From the NCBI RefSeq assembly GCF_006345805.1, contig NC_042999.1, forward strand, positions 25,420,001 to 25,484,000: a stretch of 64,000 bases of DNA, read 5' to 3'. The DNA comes from Octopus sinensis (taxonomy: Eukaryota). Positions 11,162 to 23,261 of the stretch are shown piece after piece. The position numbers and the translations under genes are program-made. The first letter of the stretch is position 1. Every line of letters begins with the position of its first letter. The notes below the pieces were generated by a model, which ran no database searches, was not told the DNA's origin, and worked only from the letters and a program-made list of their open reading frames with translations.

Positions 11162-11710
11162 TATAACATTAGAATCAATGGGAAAATCAATTTCACGTTA
11201 CGGATTTTCGTAATACGACATATTTCCAGGAACGAAAAATTTCCGTATCGTCAGTATTCCTGTTTTTTTAGAATTTCTTTTAATCCAGCTTTACACTAAT
11301 GATATTAACAAACTGTTTCTTCTGCAGTTACTCCACCGGCTTTAATTGCTATACTCACACGCAAGCCTCCTTCCACCTCTTTATAGGCCGAGCTCATGTA
11401 CCCCACATCACTCCTCTCGTCATCTATGTACGCTTTCCAATATATCCTTCCTCCCCATAACAACATCCATCTGGAATCTCTCCTTGCTCATATGGCTGTA
11501 GACCCTACAGACATATTCTTGTAAGGTGAAGTAACCGTACTGGCTCTTGTTTTCAGGCGTAATTTATATAGATCTACATTATCCAGTTTTTAGTGTTACT
11601 TTTTAAAATCTAAAATACAGTAGTTCATGTTATCTCTATCCATGTTTGTCCCTCTCTCTCTCTCTCTTTTTTCTTCCTCTCTTTCTCACTGGTTATACTC
11701 ATCTACATTT

Positions 11711-11940
11711 GTTTCTTTATTACTCACAAGGGGCTAAACATAGAGGGGAAAAGCAAGGACAGACAAAGGGATTAAGTCGATTATATCGACCCCAGTGCGT
11801 AACTGGTACTTAATTTATCGACCCCGAAAGGATGAAAGGCAAAGTCGACCTCGGCGGAATTTGAACTCGCAACGTAACGGCAGACGAAATACGGCTACGC
11901 ATTTCGCCCGGCGTGCTAACGTTTCTGCCAGCTCACCGCC
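11711..11940 (-). mobile_element. SINE family A, full length
   Basis: Reverse complement of the GGCGGTGAGCTGGCAGAAACGTTAGCACG.. consensus. Confidence 0.9.
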
Positions 11941-12171
11941 TTCACACTGCCTTATACACATCTACATTGACACACACAAACACACACACACATACACACA
12001 CACATACACGCATATACATGCATGCACAATCATGCGCACAAATGTTGGGCATTATACATTAAAAAGTACACACACACGCACATACACACATAAAAAACTT
12101 TAGGTACATACATATATGTATGTATGATTGCCTGTATGTATGTATGTGTTTGTGTATGTATGTAATCAGAA

Positions 12172-12424
12172 AAGCAACGCGCCCTTTTTAAAGCCCAGCC
12201 AGGCTCATGGGCCCGGTTTCCCGGTTTCAATGGCATATGTGTTCCCCAGCTGGACAGAACGCTAGGCCATCGCAGCGTTACTCATTTTTGCCAGCCGAGT
12301 GGACAGGAGCAACGTGAAATGAAGTGTTTTGCTCAAAAACACAACGCGTCGCCCGGTCCAGGAATCGAAACCACAATCTTACGATCATGATGCTGACATC
12401 CTAACCACAAAACCACGCGCCTCC
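12172..12424 (-). mobile_element. SINE family E head with tail type 1
   Basis: Reverse complement GGAGGCGCGTGGTTTTGTGGTTAGGATGTCAGC..; tail shared with 7661-7770. Confidence 0.85.
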
Positions 12425-13117
12425 ACATGTATGTAATGACATCGCCTTAAAAGATTTAGTCATAATCGATTTATATTTACACACCCATGTACACTTATGC
12501 AAAAGTGGAGAGCGTTTTCTGTACAGTTGAATGGAGAACGCTATCATAGAAACTCGACTGTTAATGACAGAATTTATACTTTTTGATTATATGCAGCGGA
12601 AATACCTCTTTACATAAAAGAATGAGTCAAATATTTAGTTTGCCGTGTGAAATATATAGGAGCGCGTTTGATCTTTTGTTGCAAACACAAAGAAAATGGA
12701 GGACGGTACAACGGAAGTAAAATGCAATGTTAGTTACAATTAGTTTGTAATAACAAACAGATGTTGGATTACTTGAGCTGGCTCCAGTAATTCAATAGTT
12801 GCTCGTTATAACTTTCTGTTCAGCGTAGAAAAAAAAAGAGCTGTCAATTCATTTTTCTTTCGATTCATTTAAAGGTAGCTAATTAATATTTGAAAATAAC
12901 ATCTTATGTACAATCAGCTAGAAGCTGGTTGTGACAATGTGTGGGAGGTTTAGTGAGTTCGATTTACAATGGAAAGCTCATTGTTGATTCCCCCCACCGC
13001 TTAGTTTATGATCCTGTTGATTAAAGGGAACATGCTATGACCATTTCATGTTGTTTTATGGCATAATGTATCTTGGATTACATCACCAAATGCATTGTAA
13101 TACATACATATGAATAT

Positions 13118-13414
13118 GGAGGCGCAATGGCCCAGTGGTTAGGGCAGCGGACTCGCGGTCGTAGGATCGCGGTTTCGATTCCCAGGCCGGGCGTTGTGAG
13201 TGTTTATTGAGCGAAAATACCTAAAAGCTCGACGAGGCTCCGGCAGGGGGTGGTGATCCCTGCTGTACTCTTTCACCACTCTTTCTCCCACTCTTTCTTC
13301 TGTGGCCTGCTCGCTTAGCCAGCGGAGTGGCGTCATTCGAAGGCTTAAACAAATCGAACGCATTGTGACCAGCGATGTGTAACAACATCTGATGGTCTGG
13401 TCGGTCACGTGATC
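13118..13414 (+). mobile_element. SINE family C with tail type 2 and a 12-bp TSD
   Basis: GGAGGCGCAATGGCCCAGTGGTTAGGGCAG head; ACATATGAATAT at 13106-13117 and 13415-13426. Confidence 0.9.
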
Positions 13415-15073
13415 ACATATGAATATATCTATAGAGATTTGAATCAAAGGTGCGGATATCGCCGCGTGGTTTAATTTGCCTCGCATGTGTTTTCGGTTTC
13501 GGTTTCACTACAACACACTTTGGGAAAAGAGTTCTCTCCCTTACACTCTTCTGCGTCACTGAAAATTAAGGTATGGAAATTGTGACAGCCGGTAGGATTG
13601 TCATGATGACGGTGGAGAATCGAGTATTTGGGTGACAGATTTAGTCGTTTGCTTCATCTCACTCATGCATCTCACCCAACTCCATCACCTCACTCTTGCA
13701 CCTTCTTACTGCAGTACACTCTATTGTAAATTCCAGTTTCATGATAATATTCTATCTGAAAAATGGACAGACAAAACGCCCTCCCTTCTGACTGAATTAT
13801 GAAAATATTTTTGTGCGCTGCAAGCATCATTCAGACCTTTTACTCTTTCAGTATCGATTGGTATTAGTAATATATATATATGGTTTTCATTTGATTACTT
13901 CTCATCGCTCTATGCACTTCTATCCTTCTCTTTCTATCCTTCTCTCGCTTTCTCTCTCGCTGTCTCTCTCTCACACACATACACACTCGTGGTTTAGTGT
14001 GGTATTTCTTTTTACTTTGTACGAGGATATCGAATAGTTTTAGTTATACTAGCTTTCGGTGAGACAAACTTTCTTAACCATTTCATATTTCATCGACGAA
14101 GCATAAAGCCCTATATTTTGCACAAACGAATATAGTAATTTGTGATGATACTGCATTCCCAGGAGTATTAGTAGGAGAAGTGAAACAATATCGCAGTTCG
14201 AGTTGCTATGATCTTTGTATGGAATCGATTTGATCACGGGATTTCTGTTAAGTATTCCTCTGAGACAGCTCCGAAATGTGTTGAATAATTGGGTTAGAGT
14301 CTGTCAAAGGAAATCAATACTCCGTTTTCTAGTTACCTTTGAAGTGATGTCCATGTTTTACATAAATAATATCTGATAAAACTGATCGTATGTTTGCAGG
14401 CAAAAGTTTATTTTGATGAAGATACTTAATAATGATTATACTCAATAGAGTTCCTTATTGATGCATATTCATCTGTCCCTTCTACTTTGAATATAATGAT
14501 ATGTTACGGTATCGTACTAATAATACGTATTAGAGCAGGATTGTTATTGCACTTAGGAATTTTCTTTTCGCAGATATATGATACAAGGTTCTATCGCTAT
14601 TCATGGTAGCGTCTGTTACAATAACATCCATTCCTAGTGACTGAGATAGTGAAATAGGGTTCTAAGACGTGTAGGGCGAATCCGGCGAAGTACTCATTTA
14701 CTTACAGTCATGTCTGAATTTATACACAGTTTTGTGTTAACTTACTGTATTCGCTCAAGAGATGATTGATTTTTTCGTCTCCTTTACAGAAGATTCTAGA
14801 TTTGCTGGTTGACTGAGTTTTATCAATATTTGCCTTTATTTGATTCGTATACTTGGCCCAACATAATATTTCAAACCCAATATGGTAGTACTAATGGCGT
14901 CTTTTCGCATTTAGTAATCGTCTGCTTTCACTCTTACTTGGTAGGTAGAGTCTGTCGGTATTAATTTTCAGAGTGAGATGCGTTGTGCATTCTGAGCAGC
15001 TTCCTAGAGATTCTATCCAACTTCTGTTGCTCGACCTTTGCCTATTATCATCATCATCATAATTATTATTAGT

Positions 15074-15589
15074 GAGTGAGAGAGCAGTGCATGCCATCAA
15101 AGTGACACTGGGGTAAAATATACAAAGCCCAGTATATTCATCATGACTACTCGTCTGATAAGGATACACCCGGCACATGCATCACAACCATATGTACGTG
15201 ACATAGTGATTTCATATCAAGATAAACAGCGCATGACCTTGCAGGTGAGGCCCAGTTAGAATTTTCTTCGGGTCGAGTAGCCCATCTCGCTCAAAAGGTC
15301 CCTGAATAAGTGTTATTTTAACATGTTGAACAAAACACCCATGTTTCCGAAGGTGAATTATCCAAACCCCAAAGATGCTCCCCAACTACTTCTGTTCGTA
15401 GTCAGAGATGCACATATCGTCAGTCACCAAGGGAGATGCTTAATTGGTTAAGGTCGAACAACTGACAAGCAAATCTGTGGTATATTTTCTGTAGCCTATC
15501 TTTTATACCAAGACATGACCATGATTACACTTCCAATCAGTTAAGAACAGAAGTCATGAGAGCCACTGCCTGGTACTGCATCAGGGCAT
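15074..15589 (-). mobile_element. Family D repeat
   Basis: Homologous to 1809-2361; flanked by (CAT/ATT)n and (CTT)n. Confidence 0.8.
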
Positions 15590-15826
15590 TTCTTCTTCTT
15601 CTTTTTCTTCTTCTTGTTCTTCTTCTTGTTCTTCTTGTTCTTGTTCTTGTTCTTCTTGTTCTTGTTCTTGTTCTTCTTCTTGTTGTTCTTGTTCTTGTAC
15701 TTCTTCTCCTCCTCCTCCTCCTCCTTCACATCCTCCTCCTCCTCCTCCACCCTCCTCCTCCTCCTCTCCTCCTCCTCCCCACCCTCCTCCTCCTCCTCCT
15801 TCTTCTTCTTCTTCTTCTTCTTCTTC

Positions 15827-15872
<46 letters not shown>

Positions 15873-15893
15873 TTCTTCTTCTTCTTCTTCTTC
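15590..15893. repeat. Compound (CTT)/(CCT)/(CTTGTT) microsatellite, about 300 nt
   Basis: Directly visible; ends 6 nt before the candidate exon. Confidence 0.95.
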
Positions 15894-15899
15894 ATAAAG

Positions 15900-15962
15900 A
15901 GACTACAGCACCAGGAAATTGTGGAGTTTCGTGATCGCTTGAAGAATGCAATGGCAGCCCCG
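15900..15962 (+). CDS. Candidate internal coding exon (63 nt, phase 0-0) of an unidentified host gene: RLQHQEIVEFRDRLKNAMAAP
   Basis: Pyrimidine tract + AAG acceptor, consensus donor CCG|GTGAGT, only the phase-0 frame is open, relatively GC-rich island, helical-looking peptide. Confidence 0.55.
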
Positions 15963-17924
15963 GTGAGTTCGACAAACGAAGACAGAAACGAAAGTGAAGC
16001 TCATTCAATGAATGAATAAAAGTATTCTACATAGGTGATTGGTTGTTAAATGCTGATAATTTATGTAATAAATACCAAACAACTAACATAATTTAATATT
16101 AATTTATTTTCATTTTTTTCCTAGAAATAATATTTAACGATTCTTTAAAATATATAATGTACTCATTTTAATATATATATTAAATACTAGCGAAGGTGAA
16201 ATATTTTAACACCCTTATGCATTTTCCTCCCGTAATTTGAACAGCGTCCTCTAACTTGAACATAGCGCATGTTCAAATTAGAGGAATTCTGCTGTATTTG
16301 CGAGGCGTCCTTCTTAACTACAGGCCATATTTGTACCTATATTAAGTAATACAAACGTACTGAGTCGAAGTGGCAGAAGCATTTCTAGAATCTCGTTTCG
16401 TCAATAATTTACCAATTACTCCATAGAAATCATCATTCTGCATATCAAACTATTTGTGCAAATATTGTTATGCCTATTTGTTATTTGAGAAAAAATCTAT
16501 TTATACATCCAGGCATTTCATTCTATATATATATATGTATGTATTTTTCGCTTGCTGCTTTGCTTCCTTTAATTCATCGCTGAAGAAACTCAAGGAAGTT
16601 GTTAGTCCAGCGTTTATTAGCGACCTTCAATTTTGGATCAAATGGCATGCAATAAATCTGGAAGCTTGCCGAAATTGTAGAAGAGCACCAACAGAAATTT
16701 CTAAGTTTCGCTATTATTTTTTTTTACCTGTTGAACTTCCAAAAGATATATACTTGATGTCTAGGATTACATGAAATTCCTGCCCGGATGTATCCAGTTT
16801 AAAATTACAAGATAGGGGAATTAAATTTTCGATAATGTAAAAGATATAATATCCGGGAGCCAGGATGTTTATTTTAATCAGTGTAACGATTAGTCTCAGC
16901 TGTCTGAGATGATAAGGTGTCAGATTCCCACGGACAGCAGGGGCTGTAACTCTTATCTTTTTATTGGTGTTCGAGACTGTCCTTGGCACATTCTCAACAT
17001 ACACTAAATAATTCTATATGATCTTCGTAAGAATTGTAAGTAGGTTACTGTGGTAGTTTACCTCTAAGTCAGCACTGATTGAACAAGTACATGATCAAAA
17101 GCACCTCTGACTATCCAGCATTTTTCCTAGCCACAACTCCACCCAAGTCCACATTAACCTCTGTGAAAGTTTCAAAGATAATAAAATGTGAATTGAGGAA
17201 AATTTCGCTGCTGTTTTTGCAGGTCGATCGATCGTATACAGAGCTCATTGTTGGCTTGGCATAAGGTTGTGCTGATTAATGTCGTAAACAACAAAGATTT
17301 CAAACATAGACACAATGCCCACATGTTGATGGACGGAGAGATCGATCGATTAAATTAACCGCCGTGCATGACTGGTACATAGTTTATCTTCCCTCGAAGG
17401 ATGAAGATAAAGTTGAATCCGGCAGGATTTGGACTCATAATTTAAGAGGATATATATAAATATTGCAAAGCAGTTTTTCCAGCGCTTCAAACCTATAACC
17501 AAGGCCATGACTATCCCATCGATTTTGGCAGGGTGTATCTGACACTATGTCATATAATGACTGTTTTCTCTTACTAAAAACAGTTGAAAGTAATTTGATA
17601 GAAATTTGGTGGTTACTTTTAGCAAGTCGAACGACTTTTCTGATGCTACCTTCGTTTGAGCCTAATGCGTGTACCTAACGTGTCACTCGAATCCACGACT
17701 CAAAGATACACCTATCGCACGTAGTGGCGAGATTCATTGACATAGTGGCAAAATCCAGTTGACCTCATATGAAAAGCTGCCTACCATGAATAAGAGACAA
17801 GCCCAGAACTTTTTTCCTATTTAAATCGGATTTGAGTACTGTGTATTCAGGCAAGTGTGATTCAGAAGACCGTTGCTTATTAGCATATACGGACGTGATA
17901 TGTTTGATTATTCATGGCGACTAC

Positions 17925-18370
17925 AAGTAATGGGGTAGCAAAATGTTGTGTATTAACAGACTGTAGTGGTGTGTCTAACAACAGCAGGCTAACTGTAGTA
18001 GGGTAAAAAACAGTAATTGACAAATTGAGGTAGGGTAACTAATTGAAGTGGGATAGCTAACTGTAGTAGAGTAATTAACTTTAGAGAAAGAACTAGCCGT
18101 AGAGAGGTTAAATAAATAAATAGATAAATCTAATGGGCTAATTAATTGCAGTAGTTTAGCTTATTACTGTCAGGTAATTTACTGTAGTGACATAACTAAC
18201 TGCAGTGGGCTAAACGTAGTAGCCTTATTGTAGTGGGGTAACTAACTGTAATGGGCTTAGAAATTGTAGTACGATTACAAACTGTAGAGGGTTTGTACAT
18301 CTGTAACGAATTTACTAGCTGAAGTGGGATAACTAACTGCCTATGGGGTAACTAATTGTGGTAGGTTGAC
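17925..18370. repeat. Degenerate minisatellite, unit about 20 nt (GGGTAACTAACTGTAGT-like)
   Basis: Recurrent (A)ACTGTAGT / GGGTAACTAA motifs at roughly 20-nt spacing. Confidence 0.6.
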
Positions 18371-18570
18371 GCAATGTTCCAACTATAGAGTGGAGAAAGC
18401 TATAAGTGAGATATTTTGCGTCGAAATTCTGAATAAAGTAGGATCTGATGATTATCATGTTGATATTATTAGGTTCAACTGAAACTGCACTTTGTAGATA
18501 TATCTCAAACTTATTTTCCATGCGTATTTCATTCCCACATATTCTAAAGAGATTTGTTGTTTAAGGCCGG

Positions 18571-19325
18571 AACAATAGGAGACGGTACAAAGTAAACTAG
18601 AAAAGGGAAAGAAAATAAAGCAAAGTTGCAGTTTTAACTTGTATTTCTATATTTCGGTGTTATAAAGCCCTTCTTCAGGACATTTGGTAAAAAAGTGGTA
18701 GTTGCAATCGTCGTTGCTTAAGTGTGTAGGGGGAGAAAGGAGGAAGGTGACATTCGCAGACTGGTGTTGCTATAACAACCAATCTTCTTCATGTACTTCC
18801 TTCCTGTGGTTAATGTCTGGAGGAATAATACTAGAGATAGGATCGTGGAGCTCACATTAACCCATTGCCCCATGAGTGGAATGAAAACGTGCTCGAGGGC
18901 CTATGTGCAATACGAAGTAGTCTGCAGTAAATTTGGGGCATCCTATATAGAGAGCACCGCGAGAAAATTGTACATCCCTGTGAAAGAACATGGATGCGTC
19001 AATAAAGAAACATCAAAAATAGGGCCAAACCTAAATCTTTGAAATTTCCATCAGCACCACCGAACAGCAAAAGGTGCAATTTCAGAATCATGGAGTTCTT
19101 CCTTATATACAAATTGAGACCGGCCATTAACAAGAAGGAACTACACGAAGCAAACCTTGCGCATGTCACCTTCCTCCTTGCTGCATCGATTTTCCCAACT
19201 ATCGCATTTGCCAAGTGTCATAGTGTTATTTCATAATCCGAAATATAGAAATATAAGGCAAAACTGCAACTTTGTTTTGTTTTCTTTTTCCATTTGTAGT
19301 TTGCTTTGTACCTCCTCCTATTGTT
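18571..19325 (+). mobile_element. Penelope-like element fragment: GIY-YIG endonuclease remnant, 3' end, and an inverted copy of that end upstream
   Basis: YEVVCSKFGASYIESTARKLYIPVKEH (18911-18991) and MEFFLIYKLRPAIN (19090-19131); 18571-18657 is the inverted copy of 19238-19325, with weaker similarity extending inward. Confidence 0.75.
18644..18682 (-). ncRNA. Hammerhead-like motif in the inverted Penelope end
   Basis: TGTC CTGAAGA A GG..CC GAAA TA TA GAAA: core intact, helices I and II partly decayed. Confidence 0.4.
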
Positions 19326-19507
19326 TCCCTTCAAAGTTATACCACACTATGCTTCAACCTTCAACAAAACTACTTCGTATATATAAATATATATATATCA
19401 ACACACGCACCTCCCTACATACACATATGTATACAAGTAGATGTACATACATAATACACACATACCTGTACATAGATACACAAATACACACACATATAAG
19501 GTCTACG

Positions 19508-19660
19508 TGGAGGCCCGTGGCTTAGTGGCTGGGGTGTCAGCATCATGATCGTAAGATTGTGGTTTCGATTCCTGAACCGGGCGGCTCGTTGTGCTCTTGA
19601 GCAAAACACTTCATTTCAGGTTACTCCAGTCCACTCAGCAGGCAAAAATGAGTAACGCTC
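19508..19660 (+). mobile_element. SINE family E, truncated
   Basis: GGAGGCCCGTGGCTTAGTGG..GTTTCGATTCCTG..CTTGAGCAAAACACTTCATTTC. Confidence 0.8.
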
Positions 19661-21375
19661 CTCCAGTCAACTCTTACCGAGGAGAACTATCACCATCTAC
19701 TTTCCATACATCGTCATCCTTTCATTTTTGTTTATCCTGGACTACATTATCAATTGCGCCATTTCTTTCTCATAAGATTTGATAAAGAATTGTGGCTGTC
19801 ATCAACAATTCGAGAAACCACATTGAAACATTTTCGCTGGTTTCAAACCATTTAAGTGTAATCGCTTGATTTATAAGTTTTCTGCGGAGAGAGTGTCTGT
19901 TGATTGAACGTATACTGCTAGCATTTGAACTCGATTTCCAGTTGAGATGCCCTCCCCCATTTCCTCTCCAACTTCCATGTTTAAAAGTAACATTCTGAAT
20001 ATTTCTGAAGATTTTAAAAACTGATGCTATTATTTTGGTTGCTCTTAATTCTTTGTTTAGCTTCACTTTCTGCATAATTATTGACTTCAATGACGAAATA
20101 CTGAAATGAATATTTTCTACATAATCGACCTAATAAGCTCATTGACGTAGTCGCAGTCACGGTAGTTGTCGTCGTCACCACCACCACTGCCACCACCATC
20201 TTAACCATCATCATCATCATCCCGAATTTCATAAATATTAAATACATAATTTGTTTTTCTGCAGTAAATAACCTCTGTTGTTGCTTTCTTAAATTGTCAA
20301 CAACCTTTGGTCTTTGAATTTCATTTAACTAAACAACGAGATATCTAATTATATTTAGTCTTTCATCATAAATTAATATATCAATTTTACTATCTAGGTC
20401 GTACCCATTTTTTTTCTTTCTGCTATTTTCTTCCTTTTACCAAAAATTCAAACAATTGTATACAAAAGACTGACAGCCAGACAGGCAGAAAGACGGACAG
20501 TGCAACAGCCAGTGAGACAATAACACAAACACATAACCAGAGAAAGCGTCTCAGTGAAACAATAACTACATCACCACCGCCGCCACCGCCACCACCCTCG
20601 CCGCCACCACCACCGCTGCCACCACCGCCATCGCAACGACCGCCACTACCAGCACCGCCCACCAACAAAAACAACAACAACAACAACCAGAATAATAAGG
20701 ACAGCAACATGTATACTTAAATAACATATAAGTGGCTGATAAACAGACAAACAATGGGCGGAAAACAATAAGAAGACAAAGGAAACATGACAAGGAACCA
20801 TTTTGTCTTACAAATGGAACTAAAAGAGTCTTTGATAAAAAAAAAAAAAACGCAAGCGTTTGATGTAGATTCACAAAACTGCAGACAAGGATAATAAAAA
20901 AAAAAATATATAGTCACAAGAGAAAATAAGAACTAAAACATAAAAACATTTTACAAGAGTTATATTTATCAACAGAAATACTGCAAAATATTTGTTAATT
21001 ATTAGTATAAAGAATTATTGAACGCAATGTCAAGTCGGTAGAAAGAATAGATCAGAAGTGAAGAAGCTACTAGCGCTACAGCAACGCTGTGAAGACTACT
21101 AAAGAAGATAGCAGTGCTACGGCAACAATATTTACAAGGAAAAGAAAACAATGAATAATTAAATTTGAAATATTAGACACAAATAAAGATATAAATATGT
21201 AGGAGATATGTTATAAGAGGTGTAATGATATGAGTGACATTGTCGATTTCATAGATTAGTTTTTGATAGAGGCAGTGCAAGGGTATAGTAGTGCAAGGGT
21301 GTGCGTATAGCATACAAAGTGAAGAAATGAGGAACAAAGAGATTTCAGAAACATTTACCTATACTATATGAACTC

Positions 21376-21793
21376 GGATCTTTTCGGTTTGAACGGCAGT
21401 TTTTAACATAATTTCTAGGTAACTAAAATATTTTAAGCTTCGTATACTGGTAGAATGTGTTTATAATACATCTTTTTCTCTTGGCTTTATTGAGAAAATT
21501 CTATAGTTTGTAAGATATTTTGTTGTTTTTTTTCTTCAATTTCTGCAATTTCAACCAATCAATGACGTGTATTCTGTGCCGTATGAATATGTCCCTCTTT
21601 CAAGAAACAGATTGGGTTTATTTACATTTATGAAGAAAAAAAGATACCCTCCCGCCACCCCTAACCCTAATCCTTACTAACCCTAACCCCAAAACAGATT
21701 GAAATGCAATAGATCGATACTAGGGTCATAATTATGGGTGACAATTTCATATGACACCGCTAGAAAAAACTGCCGTTCAAACCGAAAAGATCC
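21376..21793. mobile_element. MITE, Merlin-like (29-bp perfect TIRs starting GG, 8-bp TSD)
   Basis: GGATCTTTTCGGTTTGAACGGCAGTTTTT at 21376-21404 and its reverse complement at 21765-21793; flanks ATGAACTC / ATGAACTT. Confidence 0.8.
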
Positions 21794-21827
21794 ATGAACT
21801 TTTCAACAACTGGCTTTCTAAAATATA

Positions 21828-22149
21828 TGAGGGAGTGCTGGAAATTTCCTGGCTTTCGGTAAAAGAAAATACAGCAGGATCAGTTAGGGAAAGCAACTCT
21901 TGTCAAATGATTTTATGCTTTAGTTCTTATTTTTTCTTGTGACTATTTTTTTTTTATTATCCTTGTCTGCAGTTTTGTGAATCTACATCAAACACTTTTA
22001 TTCAACATGTTCTCCTCTCAGATTCACACGCTTATTGTAATGGTCCTTCAGTTTTTCTAAGCCCTGTAAAAGAACTCGGAAGGTGATGTGGGCTCCATCA
22101 GAGCCTTTCGTCATACCCTAGAAGCCAGGGACGTTTCGGCACCTCCTCG
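21828..22149. mobile_element. Mariner-type MITE
   Basis: TA|TGAGGGAGTGCTGGAAATTTCCTGGCTT ... AAGCCAGGGACGTTTCGGCACCTCCTCG imperfect TIRs. Confidence 0.7.
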
Positions 22150-22444
22150 TGCAATGGACGTAGAGTATTAGTGGCCAGCTCGTTGACAGATAACCACTCC
22201 CATATTAAATATTATAGATTAATCTTGGACAATAATTAAATAAAAGTCAGTCAGCTAAATTAGATTGTGTGACACTACATTATAATACACCTGTTTTAAA
22301 TTCAATTCAGAAAATGAAACAAAATATGTTCAGTAATCAGGAATTTAAACATAAATAGAAATGTATACGATTCTATTTATATTAATCTTTACATACATAC
22401 ATGCATGCATGCATACATATATGAAAACATACACACGTACGACC

Positions 22445-22636
22445 TCGTGTGTACCGTGGCGATTATTTTCCTCTGTCTTCCCTTCTCTGGATCTTTCCTT
22501 CTCCTATGTTTCTGACGAAGAGCTCCGCTCGAAACGTTAAACCCTCCTTCTTTCCTTCTTTCCTGAGCGTCCTATAATACTATATTTGTTCCACGTCCTC
22601 GCGTTGTTGTTTTTTTTTGTGCTTTCTTGTTTGGAT

Positions 22637-22640
<4 letters not shown>
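22445..22640 (+). mobile_element. Penelope-like 3' end fragment (second family) ending at (TA)n
   Basis: Closely similar copy at 40140-40340; contains a hammerhead motif. Confidence 0.65.
22508..22542 (+). ncRNA. Minimal type-I hammerhead ribozyme motif with canonical core
   Basis: GTTT CTGACGA A GAGC-TCC-GCTC GAAA CG TT AAAC: helix I 4 bp, helix II 4 bp, palindromic ACGU helix III, GUU cleavage triplet. Confidence 0.6.
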
Positions 22641-22692
<52 letters not shown>

Positions 22693-22851
22693 CAAACATA
22701 CATACACGTGTGTGTGTATATATATATATTTATGTATATATATGTATAGAGTACAGTTCTATATTTAAAAGATGAAGAATTATGTACATTATATAGATAA
22801 TTTACATTATTTACATTTGACGGATATTTGTCCTCATCTTGATTGTTGCTA

Positions 22852-22895
22852 ACACAACGTTTTGGCTGATATACCCTCCAGCCTTCACCAGGTGT
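22852..22895 (-). ncRNA. Decayed hammerhead motif (A6G, G12A) in a third Penelope-like end
   Basis: ACAC CTGGTGA A GGCTG-10nt-CAGCC AAAA CG TT GTGT. Confidence 0.45.
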
Positions 22896-22942
22896 CTTGG
22901 GGAAATTTCGAACCAGGGTTCTCATTCCTAAGGTATTTTTCG

Positions 22943-23056
<114 letters not shown>

Positions 23057-23182
23057 TCACTGGCTGGAATCGAACTCGAAATCTTAGGGTTAACCACTAC
23101 GCCATATGCCCGTGGGCGTATGTAAATAATATAAACAACGTATATGTATAGATATTTATAAGTATTTAAACGCACACGCACG

Positions 23183-23238
<56 letters not shown>

Positions 23239-23261
23239 GAGGCGTTTGATTCTGTGGACCG

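Noticed and set aside
13118-13195. tRNA-like sequence, also at 41232 and other SINE heads
   Set aside because: Box A/B present, but it runs into a SINE body without a proper acceptor stem; not a tRNA gene.
15520-15589. HDV-like ribozyme at the family D 5' end
   Set aside because: Could not build P1, P1.1 and P2 with the required L3 and J4/2 residues.
15541-15934. Poly-Lys, poly-Glu and poly-Leu ORFs
   Set aside because: Products of the (CTT)/(CCT) repeat; only the 63-nt exon candidate next to it is retained.
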